DNA of 64,000 nt from Clostridia bacterium (GTDB lineage: Bacteria > Bacillota > Clostridia > Christensenellales > UBA1242): NCBI GenBank assembly GCA_045635805.1, contig JAZTWI010000001.1, forward strand, positions 130,103-194,102. The letters run 5' to 3'. Positions 28,142-37,787 of the stretch are shown one piece after another. Numbering within the stretch: the first letter of the stretch is position 1; each line of letters opens with the position of its first letter. A model generated the notes under the pieces. The model saw only the letters and a program-made list of their open reading frames with translations, was not told where the DNA came from and searched no databases. The position numbers and the translations under genes are program-made.

Positions 28142-28170
28142 TTTACAAAGTACTGCTATTGGGGTATACT
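28142..28170 (+). promoter_or_regulatory. Sigma-A-type promoter for the alcohol dehydrogenase gene
   Basis: TTTACA, 17 nt spacer, TATACT. Confidence 0.45.
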
Positions 28171-28204
28171 AGTATCGGTGATAAAATATCGCCAAGGGGG
28201 TTTT

Positions 28205-29359
28205 ATGAGTAATAGATTTATACTAAACGAGTTCTCATATTTCGGTAGGGGTTCAAGAGCTGAATTAGTGCCAGAGATAGAGAAAAGAAATTATAAGAAG
28301 GTTTTAGTTGTTACCGATGCTGAACTAATCAAATGTGGTGTTGCAAGTAGAGTAACAGAACTTCTAGATAATGCAAAAGTAAAGTATACAGTATATAGTG
28401 ATGTTAAGCCTAATCCAACTATAGATAATGTTATGGATGGAGTAAAGGTTTGTAAAGATTTTGGTGCAGACGCTATTGTTACAATCGGTGGTGGTTCTGC
28501 TATGGATACAGCTAAGGGTATCTCTATTATTATGACTAATCCAGATAGAACAATGCAGTCATTAAATGGATTATCTAATACTAAGAATAAAGGTTTACCT
28601 ATTATCGCTCTTCCAACAACAGCTGGTACTGCATCAGAAGTAACAATTAACTATGTAATAACAGACGAAGAGAGACAAATCAAAATGGTATGTGTTGACC
28701 CTAATGATTTACCGGTTGTGGCAATAGTGGATAGCGAACTTATGGAGACTATGCCTAGCAAGCTTGCCGCAGCAACGGGACTAGATGCTCTTACTCACGC
28801 AGTAGAAGGCTATATCACAGCTGGACATAATCTTATGAGTGATATGTTCCATATGGAAGCAATAAAATTAATCTTTGCAAATCTTGCAGCAGCAGTTAAT
28901 GAAAAAAATGCTGAAGCGATGGAGAAGATGAGTTATGCTCAATACATTGCAGGTATGGGATTTAGTAACGTGGGACTTGGTATTGTTCATTCAATGGCTC
29001 ACCAATTAGGTGCTGTTTATGATACTCCACACGGAATTGCTAATGCAATGCTTCTTCCTGTTGTTATGAAATTCAATGGCGAAGTTTGTGCAGACAGATT
29101 TGCAGAAATCTTAAAAGCATTAGATGTAAATACTGCCGGTATGAGCAAGGCACAAATTATTGAAAAGTTTGTTTCGATGATAGAAGACTTATCTAGAGCA
29201 GTAGGTGTTACACAAACAATCAAAGATTATGGTTGTAGAGAAGAAGATATCAATATGTTGTCTGATAAAGCAATGGAAGACCCATGCAAACCAGGTAACC
29301 CTAGAGAAGTTTCTCACGCAGATTTTGTTGCATTATATAGAGAAGCTATGAATAGATAA
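28205..29359 (+). CDS. Iron-containing (group III) alcohol dehydrogenase
   Basis: GGGSAMDTAKG motif and His-rich metal site (HAVEG, HSMAH). ATG 28205 follows AAGGGGG. Confidence 0.85.
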   Translation: MSNRFILNEFSYFGRGSRAELVPEIEKRNYKKVLVVTDAELIKCGVASRVTELLDNAKVKYTVYSDVKPNPTIDNVMDGVKVCKDFGADAIVTIGGGSAMDTAKGISIIMTNPDRTMQSLNGLSNTKNKGLPIIALPTTAGTASEVTINYVITDEERQIKMVCVDPNDLPVVAIVDSELMETMPSKLAAATGLDALTHAVEGYITAGHNLMSDMFHMEAIKLIFANLAAAVNEKNAEAMEKMSYAQYIAGMGFSNVGLGIVHSMAHQLGAVYDTPHGIANAMLLPVVMKFNGEVCADRFAEILKALDVNTAGMSKAQIIEKFVSMIEDLSRAVGVTQTIKDYGCREEDINMLSDKAMEDPCKPGNPREVSHADFVALYREAMNR

Positions 29360-29365
29360 TAAAAA

Positions 29366-29397
29366 TAAAAGCATCAGTATTTTCTGGTGCTTTTTTA
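29366..29397 (+). terminator. Intrinsic terminator
   Basis: Stem AGCATCAG/CTGGTGCT (one G-U pair), 6-nt loop, T6 run. Confidence 0.6.
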
Positions 29398-29431
29398 TTT
29401 TATTAATTTAAAAATTACTTATATCACATAC

Positions 29432-29460
29432 TTGACAAAGGTATGGAAAATAAATAGAAT
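29432..29460 (+). promoter_or_regulatory. Promoter for tRNA-Thr
   Basis: TTGACA, 17 nt spacer, TAGAAT. Confidence 0.5.
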
Positions 29461-29493
29461 ATTAATGTGTTTTATGAAAGACATGCTTTTTAT

Positions 29494-29569
29494 GCTAACA
29501 TGGCGCAGTAGGTAGCGCACGTCATTGGTAATGACGAGGTCGGCAGTTCGAATCTGCTTGTTAGCTCCA
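29494..29569 (+). tRNA. tRNA-Thr (anticodon GGU)
   Basis: Acceptor GCTAACA/TGTTAGC, anticodon stem CGTCA/TGACG, loop TTGGTAA, T arm GGCAG-TTCGAAT-CTGCT, and CCA is encoded. Confidence 0.9.
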
Positions 29570-29584
29570 CTAAAATAAAAATTA

Positions 29585-29609
29585 AAGCCTAAAGAAAATC
29601 TTTAGGCTT
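29585..29609. terminator. Hairpin terminator shared by tRNA-Thr (+) and the HEPN-CBS gene (-)
   Basis: Stem AAGCCTAAAG/CTTTAGGCTT (10 bp), 5-nt loop. The U-rich tail is better on the minus strand. Confidence 0.55.
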
Positions 29610-29643
29610 CTTGTGTGATTCTTATGTATGTTGATTGAGAATA

Positions 29644-30348
29644 TTATTTACCTAAAACATCCCATGGTGTTAGAATTCCTAACAGTTTTTCATTAGGAAG
29701 TCCGTTTTGTGTAATAAAAATCATTGACAGTCTTTGTTTTTTACTAAATGATTGCAAAAATAGTTCTTTTACATCTTCTATATATTTTTGTTTGTCTATA
29801 AAATGAAAAGTTTCTGTTATATGATTTTCTAATAAGCAATATTTGTTTATTAGTTTATCAGAAAAACATGTTTTATCTTTTTCATATATTAATTCATCTT
29901 CTATTAATGCTCCAAACAAGGTGTTTTCGCTAAAAACTCCCTGTACTACACCGTTTTTTAAAATTGGGATGTGAGTAAAGGTGTTTTCTTTCATTTTAAT
30001 CATGTATGGATAAATTTTATCTTCTAGCTCTGCATAACATATGCTGTTAATGGGGATGCATTTATCGTATGCTTTTGGTGGGTTGTTTATATAATTAATA
30101 ATATTCTGAATGTTATTGACTATTTCGATATTTGGCTCGACGGGGTATTGGCCTTTTATGTTTGGTTTGTGTTGTAAAAGATTTCTTATTTCACGAATAT
30201 ATTTTAAGTCATCTTTAAGGTGTTTAAATTGAGGCATGTTTTCGATTTTGTTTAGGGCACTTATATTATAGTCGTTTATTTGAAATTTAATGCGTAGTAA
30301 ATTTTCTAATTCTTTAAATTTATTTATAAAGATTTCTGCGTTAGTCAT
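29644..30348 (-). CDS. Predicted HEPN-like N-terminal domain fused to a CBS-domain pair
   Basis: The N-terminal ~95 aa are helical and carry IREIRNLLQH (RNxxxH, matching the HEPN Rx4-6H motif). Two CBS-like modules follow (HIPILKNGVVQGVFSENTLF and MIFITQNGLPNEKLLGILTPWDVL). Confidence 0.55.
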   Translation of the reverse strand: MTNAEIFINKFKELENLLRIKFQINDYNISALNKIENMPQFKHLKDDLKYIREIRNLLQHKPNIKGQYPVEPNIEIVNNIQNIINYINNPPKAYDKCIPINSICYAELEDKIYPYMIKMKENTFTHIPILKNGVVQGVFSENTLFGALIEDELIYEKDKTCFSDKLINKYCLLENHITETFHFIDKQKYIEDVKELFLQSFSKKQRLSMIFITQNGLPNEKLLGILTPWDVLGK

Positions 30349-30496
30349 ATTTTTCTCCTTTTGATGATTTTATCATAATTTATAAAGTAAGTATAGGGTT
30401 TATGTGATTGTTCTTTGTTTTTATATTCTTAATTTACTTTGATAAATAGTGGTAATAGTTTATAATAAGGGTATAAAAAATAAATAGAAGGTGAAT

Positions 30497-32092
30497 ATGG
30501 AAAAAGTTTGGTGGAAAGATGCCGTTGGTTATCAAATTTACATTAGAAGTTTCAAAGATAGCAATGATGATGGTATCGGTGACCTAAAAGGTATTAATGA
30601 AAAGTTAGATTACATTAAGGGAATTGGGGTAGATTTTATTTGGATTTGTCCTTTCTATGATTCTCCAATGGATGATAATGGCTATGATGTTAGAGATTAC
30701 TATAAGGTTGCTAAAGAATATGGTAAAATGAGTGACCTAAAAAAGTTAATCCAAGATGCACATAATAAGGGTATTAAGGTTATTGTAGACCTAGTTCTTA
30801 ATCATACATCTGATGAAAACGTGTGGTTTGTAAAGAGTGAGAAGAAGATTGAGCCTTTTACAGACTTCTATGTATGGAAAGATGGTAAAATGGTTGATGG
30901 TAAAATGTGTCCACCTAATAATTGGATTTCATTTTTCTCGGGTCCTGCCTGGAAATATAGTGAGAAGAGAAAACAGTATTACCTAAAAATATTCTCAAAT
31001 AAAATGCCAGATATAAATTATGAGAGCGAAGTTGCGTTTGCTGAGATGGAGAAAGTTATTGAGTTCTTTGGAGAGTTAGGTGTTGATGGTTTTAGAGTTG
31101 ACGCTATTGCTCATATTGGTAAAGATTTAACCTTTGCCGATGCAAAGAATCTAAAGAAAACATACAAGTCTTTCTCAAATCTTCCTAATACTCACGAGTA
31201 TTTAAAGAGATTTAATAAAACATTTGCAAAAAACAATCTAGTTACAATGGGTGAACTAGGTGGAGACCCAAGTAAAAAAGATTTAGTTAAATACACTACC
31301 GAAAACGAATTAGATATGATATTTAGTTTTGAGCAAATGGCTGTATTTAAAAAAGACCATACTATAAATAGAAGAGCACTACTCAAAACTCTTAAGTACA
31401 AGGAGTCTCTATCTAGTAGTAATGGTTGGTCTGCGCTATTCTGGCTTAACCACGACTACCCTAGACTTATTAGTAGGATTAGGGGAGAGAGTGATGCAAA
31501 GAACGCACAAATCTGTATGGCAACACTTATGTATATGTTAAAGGGTACACCTATCATATATAATGGTGAAGAAATAGGTATGGAAAACTATCCATTTAAG
31601 TCCCCAGCAGACTTCCTAGATGTTAATGCTAAGATGATATTTGATAACGCAAAAGATGTTGATGCAGAATTTAATAAATTAAAAGAAACAACTAGAGACC
31701 ACTCTAGAACAGTTATGCAGTGGGATTCTACTAAAAATGCTGGTTTCTCAGGTGGTAAGCCTTGGACTTATGTAAATAGTAATTACAAGAGAGTTAATGT
31801 TGAGAAATCTCTAAAAACTAAAGATTCAATCCTTAATAACTACACTAAACTACTCGCTGTTAGAAAGGAATATGGAGATGGTTTACTAGATGCAAAGTAT
31901 AAATTCTATAATAAATGTGGCTTGGTTGGATATAAAATCAATTGTGGTGGCTATATATTAGAAGTAGTTGCAAACCTATCTAGTAAGGTAAAAGTAATTT
32001 CTCTAGAAAATGCAGAAGTACTATATACAAACCTAGAAGATGGTGCTGCATTAGTTCCATATCAGGTAGCAATTATAAAAAGAAATATTTAA
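30497..32092 (+). CDS. GH13 alpha-glucosidase / oligo-1,6-glucosidase
   Basis: GH13 conserved regions DLVLNHTS, GFRVDAIAHI and NHDYPR, with the N-terminus WWKDAVGYQIY. Confidence 0.9.
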   Translation: MEKVWWKDAVGYQIYIRSFKDSNDDGIGDLKGINEKLDYIKGIGVDFIWICPFYDSPMDDNGYDVRDYYKVAKEYGKMSDLKKLIQDAHNKGIKVIVDLVLNHTSDENVWFVKSEKKIEPFTDFYVWKDGKMVDGKMCPPNNWISFFSGPAWKYSEKRKQYYLKIFSNKMPDINYESEVAFAEMEKVIEFFGELGVDGFRVDAIAHIGKDLTFADAKNLKKTYKSFSNLPNTHEYLKRFNKTFAKNNLVTMGELGGDPSKKDLVKYTTENELDMIFSFEQMAVFKKDHTINRRALLKTLKYKESLSSSNGWSALFWLNHDYPRLISRIRGESDAKNAQICMATLMYMLKGTPIIYNGEEIGMENYPFKSPADFLDVNAKMIFDNAKDVDAEFNKLKETTRDHSRTVMQWDSTKNAGFSGGKPWTYVNSNYKRVNVEKSLKTKDSILNNYTKLLAVRKEYGDGLLDAKYKFYNKCGLVGYKINCGGYILEVVANLSSKVKVISLENAEVLYTNLEDGAALVPYQVAIIKRNI

Positions 32093-32103
32093 TATGTAAA
32101 AAA

Positions 32104-32137
32104 AGAAAAATAGAACGATTACTCGTTCTATTTTTTT
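32104..32137. terminator. Bidirectional terminator
   Basis: Stem ATAGAACG/CGTTCTAT flanked by A and T runs. Confidence 0.6.
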
Positions 32138-33125
32138 AGTTTGTATCGTTATTTAAGTCTTCGTTAGCGATAAACTTTTTAGTTGCTTCTAGTATCTCGC
32201 CAATAGTCATATTTTTAATTGTGAAACCACCTTCGGTCTTGTGTCCACCACCACCAAAGTATAGGGCAAGCCTTCCGGCCAAGTCACCATTATTACACAT
32301 TGTCTTACCAACAACTCTATTGTCGTATTTAACTAGCATTAAGAAATTTTCTAGTGTTTCTAATTTTCTTAATTCTTCCGAAACTTTTTTTGTTAATGTG
32401 TATTGAGATACGTCTCTATATTCTTCCATTGCTTTGTCTACGATAATGTAGTCAAAATTTTCATAGTGTTTAATATGACTAGCAAGGCTAGTGTAAGTTT
32501 TAACTTCTAGCATTGTTCTTTTGGTGTATAATTGTCTAATTAAACTCTTGTAATCAATACCTTTGTTAATTAATACTTGTGCAATCAGTAGAGTTCTATT
32601 TGTTAGTCTTCTGCAGAAACAACAGGTGTCTGTCATAATTCCGGCATATAGAAGGGTAGAGATGTCGTGAGTTATCAGCTCAGGATTAATCTGAACGAAT
32701 ATATCATATAGCATCTCACTAGTAGAACTAATGTCGCCATTGGCAATTATATGTTGAGATTCGCCCTTATTTCCTTCGTGGTGGTCTATATTAACAGTTA
32801 TGTCTGCTTTGTCAAAGTAGTCTTCAAAAATATCTAGTCTGCTTTTATCGCTACAGTCTAATAAGATGAAGGTATAGTCTTTGGCATCTTCCATTGAATA
32901 AATAACTACGGATTTATCTCCGTTATACCAGAATAAAAAGTCATTGTCTTTTTCGTCTAGTAGGGCTTTTGCTTCATATCCTAGAGAATTTAGGTATAGA
33001 GCGAGTGCGATACATCCACCAACAGAGTCGGCGTCTGGAGTCTCAATATGTCCACCGATATATATTTTTTTCTCTTTAGGCAGGGTTTTTAGAACTTCTG
33101 CCATATATTGATATTCTTTTTCCAT
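32136..33125 (-). CDS. DHH-family phosphoesterase (NrnA-like oligoribonuclease/pAp phosphatase)
   Basis: DHH motif (NIDHHEGN), a DHHA1-type GGGGH motif, and an N-terminal GHI.PDADS.G. Confidence 0.8.
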   Translation of the reverse strand: MEKEYQYMAEVLKTLPKEKKIYIGGHIETPDADSVGGCIALALYLNSLGYEAKALLDEKDNDFLFWYNGDKSVVIYSMEDAKDYTFILLDCSDKSRLDIFEDYFDKADITVNIDHHEGNKGESQHIIANGDISSTSEMLYDIFVQINPELITHDISTLLYAGIMTDTCCFCRRLTNRTLLIAQVLINKGIDYKSLIRQLYTKRTMLEVKTYTSLASHIKHYENFDYIIVDKAMEEYRDVSQYTLTKKVSEELRKLETLENFLMLVKYDNRVVGKTMCNNGDLAGRLALYFGGGGHKTEGGFTIKNMTIGEILEATKKFIANEDLNNDTN

Positions 33126-33245
33126 ATTATCCTTAAATTTTAGATTGCTGTTTTTGTTTAAAATAATTTATTTTTCAATTTTTAACAACTAATCTATTTT
33201 AGCATTTTTTAAGGTTTTAGTCAAATTTTTGCTATAGTAATATAT

Positions 33246-34298
33246 TTATTTGAAAAATTGTGAATTGTATAGAATTGCCGGATGGTCGGGGTTTATTTTA
33301 TTTGCTTTTATATGGTATTCTTTTGCAATATCCATTTTCCCTATATGATAGTAAGCAATACTAAGGTTTATATATGGAATAAATTTGCTATAGTTGTGAT
33401 TAATAAAACCTTCCTTTTGAGTCACGCAAATAGTGGCAGAATTAAACCAAAATATTGCATTACTGATACTATTTTCTAATAAAAATATCTCTCCTAGTTT
33501 ACAACAAACTTCACTTGTCGCTGGGTGAGTATTGAGTATGTTTAGCAGATGAGATTTTGCCTTTTTATATTCAGCATAATATCTATAAATATCGCTAAGT
33601 AATATTTCTGCTTCTAGCTCGTTAGGTGGGTATATACCAGGCGTTTTTAGAAATTGTTTTAGTTTGGTTATGGCTTTTTTGTAGTAACCATTGTAATACA
33701 ATTCTCTGGCATAGTAATATATCTCTCTTGGAGAAAGTTCTATTCCAGAGTTAATTGCTCTTTGATAAAGTTGCAGATTTCTTTTTGGGTTCCCGCTCTG
33801 CATTTTTCTGTGTTCTATTTCTATGTTTGTGTATTTGATTTTACCTGTCGGTGTAATGGTCTCGTGAACAAAGCCCGACCACCTTAGATTAAGACTTCTT
33901 TTTATTAGTCTTTCTCTGTAGTATTCAAGCAGGGGATTGCTCTTCTCTTTATCAAAAAGAAGATACTTAAACATATACACGTCAATGTCATCTTTTGATT
34001 TTTTTAAAAGTTTGATTTTGTTAATATTTTCTTCTGTTATTACATCGTCTGCGTCGAGCCACATAATATAATCTTTGTTTGCTAGAGAAAAAGAGTAGTT
34101 TCTAGCCTTTGAAAAATCATCGCACCAATCAAAGCGATATATGTTATTTGTGTATTTCTGTGTAAGCTCTATAGTTCTATCTTTTGAGCCTGTGTCAACT
34201 ACAATTATTTCATCTGCAAATTGTGTGGCACAGGATAAAATTCTCTCAATAGTTTGCTCTTCATCTTTTACTATCATACATACCGAAATGCTAAACAT
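33246..34298 (-). CDS. Family 2 glycosyltransferase with C-terminal TPR repeats
   Basis: GT2 N-terminus (SVCMIVKDEE ... DTGSKD ... LDADD), followed by TPR-like repeats (YYNGYYKKA, AYYHIGKMDIA). Confidence 0.8.
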   Translation of the reverse strand: MFSISVCMIVKDEEQTIERILSCATQFADEIIVVDTGSKDRTIELTQKYTNNIYRFDWCDDFSKARNYSFSLANKDYIMWLDADDVITEENINKIKLLKKSKDDIDVYMFKYLLFDKEKSNPLLEYYRERLIKRSLNLRWSGFVHETITPTGKIKYTNIEIEHRKMQSGNPKRNLQLYQRAINSGIELSPREIYYYARELYYNGYYKKAITKLKQFLKTPGIYPPNELEAEILLSDIYRYYAEYKKAKSHLLNILNTHPATSEVCCKLGEIFLLENSISNAIFWFNSATICVTQKEGFINHNYSKFIPYINLSIAYYHIGKMDIAKEYHIKANKINPDHPAILYNSQFFK

Positions 34299-34435
34299 AA
34301 TATTGCTCCATAATATATTCTACTTCTATATATGCTTGGTAAAATTTTGCTGTGAAAAAGTAAGATAAAACTTGAGTGATTTTGATTTTGAAAAAGGCTA
34401 ATAATATGTTACAATACTTCCTAGGAGAAAAGAAG

Positions 34436-35173
34436 ATGAAGACAAGATTTGAGCAAAAAGTAAAAGTATTATCATCGATGACCGATGCAAATGCCAATGT
34501 GGGACTGTCACATACTCTTTCTTATCTCCAAGATAATATGAGTGAATACTTTGAGTCTATGGGTTGTGATGGTCTTACAATGATACCTATTGTTAAGTGT
34601 TTCTGGGTTATGACTAAAACCAAAGTAAAGTTTAATTCTACTATAAAATGGTTAGATAAAATTACACTAGAAACTGACCTATGTAAAGAGACAAATATTA
34701 GACTAAATATTCTTAATAATATTCTAGACGATAAGGGAAATTTGCTTGTAGAAGGAATACAAGAAATATGTGCTGTAGATAGTGACACTAGAAGGGTAAG
34801 GGCAGTTGATACTACGATATTACCTAAAGATATAGAGATAGACGAAACTAAGATTCCTAATCTAAAATTCACTCGATTTGATGAAGAGTTGGGAGATGAA
34901 AATTATATAAAAGATATAGTAATTGACTCTAGGAATATTGACTTTTTTGGACATACAAATAATGTAGAATATGCTAGATTTATGCTATCTACATTCACGG
35001 GAGAAGAAGTAAAAAATCTCATACCTAGAGAGTTTGAAATACATTATATTGCAGAGAGTAGAGAAGGCGATAAACTCTCTATTTATAGAAAAAGTTTAGA
35101 AGGTTCTCACTACTTTGAGATTAAAAATGGTGATAAGGTTATAAGCAAGGCAATGCTCATAACTGCTAATTAG
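34436..35173 (+). CDS. Acyl-ACP thioesterase
   Basis: Double hot-dog layout and length typical of FatA-like bacterial acyl-ACP thioesterases. ATG 34436 follows AGGAGAAAAG. Confidence 0.65.
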   Translation: MKTRFEQKVKVLSSMTDANANVGLSHTLSYLQDNMSEYFESMGCDGLTMIPIVKCFWVMTKTKVKFNSTIKWLDKITLETDLCKETNIRLNILNNILDDKGNLLVEGIQEICAVDSDTRRVRAVDTTILPKDIEIDETKIPNLKFTRFDEELGDENYIKDIVIDSRNIDFFGHTNNVEYARFMLSTFTGEEVKNLIPREFEIHYIAESREGDKLSIYRKSLEGSHYFEIKNGDKVISKAMLITAN

Positions 35174-35237
35174 TAATAGTATATTGACATTTAAATACAA
35201 CTTATTGACAATAAATATATATAAAGGAATAATATAA

Positions 35238-35786
35238 ATGAAGAAAGTTGCAATTATTTTGGCTGATGGATTTGAAGAATTAGAAGCGATATCTGTAATA
35301 GATATTCTAAAAAGAGCTAGTATCTCTGTAGAGATTTTGGCTCTAGGTAATGTAAGGGTTACAGGTGCTCACGATATCACAATTGAAGCTGATGAAATCT
35401 TTAATTACTACAATGCACTAGACCTAGATGGAATAGTCTTCGCTGGTGGTATGTCTAATGCCAGGGCACTGTCCGAAGAAGGAACTATTATTGACCTAGT
35501 GAATCATTACTACAAAGAGAATAAGATGATTGCTGCTATATGTGCATCTCCTGCTTTTATATTGCCTAGGACTAAGATGGATAGGAGTATAGAGTGTACT
35601 TGCTATCCAGACATCAGTCTTACTTCTATGCTTGATGCATTTAGATATGTTGATGATAATGTAGTTGTATCTAAAAATGTTATTACTAGTCAGAGTCCTT
35701 TTACAGCGCTTGACTTTGCTCTATCAATTGTTGATTATTTAGGTGGAGATGCTAGACAGCTACTTGCAGATTTAGAAGGAAGATAA
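35238..35786 (+). CDS. DJ-1/PfpI family protein (ThiJ/YajL-like)
   Basis: AAICASP nucleophile-elbow motif and an N-terminus KVAIILADGFEELEA. Confidence 0.85.
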   Translation: MKKVAIILADGFEELEAISVIDILKRASISVEILALGNVRVTGAHDITIEADEIFNYYNALDLDGIVFAGGMSNARALSEEGTIIDLVNHYYKENKMIAAICASPAFILPRTKMDRSIECTCYPDISLTSMLDAFRYVDDNVVVSKNVITSQSPFTALDFALSIVDYLGGDARQLLADLEGR

Positions 35787-35787
35787 A

Positions 35788-36570
35788 ATGAAGGTTTGTT
35801 CACTTGCTAGTTCTTCTAAGGGGAATTGTACTATTATCTATAGTGAAGATGAAATCTTGCTAGTTGATATGGGGATTACCCTTAAAGACTTAGAAGAGAA
35901 GCTTAATATTCTAAAGCTTGACATCAATAATGTTATTGGTGTTATTCTTTCGCACGAGCATACCGACCACACTAAGGGAGTGTCTTCTCTTACTAAGAAA
36001 TATCACGTGCCTATATACTGTCACTTTGATGCATATGATGGAGTTTTAAGAAAAGCAAAACTTGATGGCTCTTCTGTTATTAGATTTTCTTTTGCAGGAT
36101 TTAGTGTTGGTGATTTTAATATTGAACCATTTAAGGTTAGCCATGATGTTCATTGTGTGGGATTTAATATTTATGAAAAATTAAATAAAATAAGTATTGT
36201 TACCGATTTGGGTTATACTACTAAAGATATAGTAGAGAAACTATACGATAGTAGACTAGTAATTCTAGAAGCGAACCACGATGAACAGATGGTTATTAAT
36301 GGTCCATACCCACCTGTGCTAAAGGCAAGAATTTTAGGAAGACAAGGACACCTTAGTAATATTAATTCTGCTAAGGTTGTTGTGGATATCGCTCAACACA
36401 ATGTAAAGCAGGTACTCTTTGCACACTTGAGTGAAGAGAATAATACTCCCGATGTTTGTTACCAGACAATCTGTGATTATATGAGAACAAAAGGGGTAGA
36501 ACCTAATGTACATATTTTACTTGATATTGCCAAGCCTTGTGGACTGGGTCCAATATTTGTTATTAGATAG
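35788..36570 (+). CDS. MBL-fold metallo-hydrolase (YycJ/WalJ-like)
   Basis: HEHTDH motif and a position immediately upstream of an htrA-like gene, as in walJ-htrC of Bacillus. Confidence 0.8.
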   Translation: MKVCSLASSSKGNCTIIYSEDEILLVDMGITLKDLEEKLNILKLDINNVIGVILSHEHTDHTKGVSSLTKKYHVPIYCHFDAYDGVLRKAKLDGSSVIRFSFAGFSVGDFNIEPFKVSHDVHCVGFNIYEKLNKISIVTDLGYTTKDIVEKLYDSRLVILEANHDEQMVINGPYPPVLKARILGRQGHLSNINSAKVVVDIAQHNVKQVLFAHLSEENNTPDVCYQTICDYMRTKGVEPNVHILLDIAKPCGLGPIFVIR

Positions 36571-36618
36571 ACGCCTACTACTTATAGTTTGACTGCTATA
36601 ATGTGGTAGGTGTTTTTT

Positions 36619-37632
36619 ATGAGAAAAATATTTTTGGTTATGTTAATGTTAATAACTATTGGTTTCGTTGGATGTGATTTTATTATTAAGAATGAAGATA
36701 ATTCTCTAGAAGGTAAAGTGATTACTCTAGGCGAGAGTGAAAATCTATCATCTATTGCCGATGCTATTTCTCCGGCAGTTGTTGCTGTAAATGCTGTGAG
36801 TAATTATGGAGAGTCGGTGGGTAGTGGTGTTTGTGTTGCAAGTGGTGGGTATGTTTTGACAAATTCTCACGTTGTGAGTGGATTTGATGATATTCAGCTA
36901 CTTTTGTCTAATAAAAGTACTGCAAATGCTAGAGTAATATACGATGACCCTGTACTTGACTTTGCTATTCTTAAGAGTGATAAATCTTTGCCATACTTAA
37001 GACTTGCCGAGAGTGACGATATTTTAGTTGGTGAAGACGTACTAGCAGTAGGAACACCGCTTAGCCTTACACTTACGCATACTTTCACTAAAGGTATTGT
37101 TAGTGCAGTGAATAGAACTATCAAAGTGTCTTCTAGCGAAGGTAGTGGGTATATGCAAAATCTTATTCAGCACGATGCTAGTCTAAATCCTGGTAATTCG
37201 GGTGGACCACTTATCAATACTAAAGGCGAAGTGATAGGAATAAATACTCTCAAAATCAGCGGTGGTGAAGGTATAGGCTTTGCTATACCGACTAAGAGTT
37301 TTATAAGTCTGCTCAGTAACTTTGTGGTGAATATTAATTACCAAGTTCCATACTTGGGTGTGTATGGTTATGACAGCGAAATTGCAAACTATTATGGGGC
37401 TTCAATGACTGATGAAGGCTTCTATATAATCGATATTGCAGACAATAGTCCTTTGCAGGAAATCGATATAACAAGTGGTGCAGTAATTACAAAAATAAAT
37501 GGCACTAAAATCATAAATACTCTTGACCTAAAAGATGCATTATATAGTTTGAGTGCTTTTGATAGTGTATCGATTGAATATTTGCAGGGTGGTAGGGTAT
37601 ATAAAACAAGGACAAAACTTACTAAAATTTAA
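36619..37632 (+). CDS. HtrA/DegP-family serine protease with PDZ domain
   Basis: TNSHV (His), GNSGGPL (Ser) and a C-terminal PDZ-like region, with an N-terminal membrane anchor. Confidence 0.9.
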   Translation: MRKIFLVMLMLITIGFVGCDFIIKNEDNSLEGKVITLGESENLSSIADAISPAVVAVNAVSNYGESVGSGVCVASGGYVLTNSHVVSGFDDIQLLLSNKSTANARVIYDDPVLDFAILKSDKSLPYLRLAESDDILVGEDVLAVGTPLSLTLTHTFTKGIVSAVNRTIKVSSSEGSGYMQNLIQHDASLNPGNSGGPLINTKGEVIGINTLKISGGEGIGFAIPTKSFISLLSNFVVNINYQVPYLGVYGYDSEIANYYGASMTDEGFYIIDIADNSPLQEIDITSGAVITKINGTKIINTLDLKDALYSLSAFDSVSIEYLQGGRVYKTRTKLTKI

Positions 37633-37787
37633 ATGTAAAAAATGCTAGATAAGTGCAATATCTAGTATTTTTTTGTGTGTTTTCTTTGTGAAACTTTTTG
37701 TAAAAACCTTGCTTATATTCTTAAAATAATGTAATATATAATAAATATGTACTCTGCAAAGAGAAAAATTTTGGTCTTGGAGTGGTT

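Noticed and set aside
29611-30415. Short direct repeats (TGTGATTcTT at ~29614 and TGTGATTgTT at ~30403) flanking the HEPN-CBS gene as possible target-site duplication
   Set aside because: They share only ~10 nt with mismatches in AT-rich sequence, which is well within chance expectation. There is no recombinase and no copy of the tRNA 3' end.
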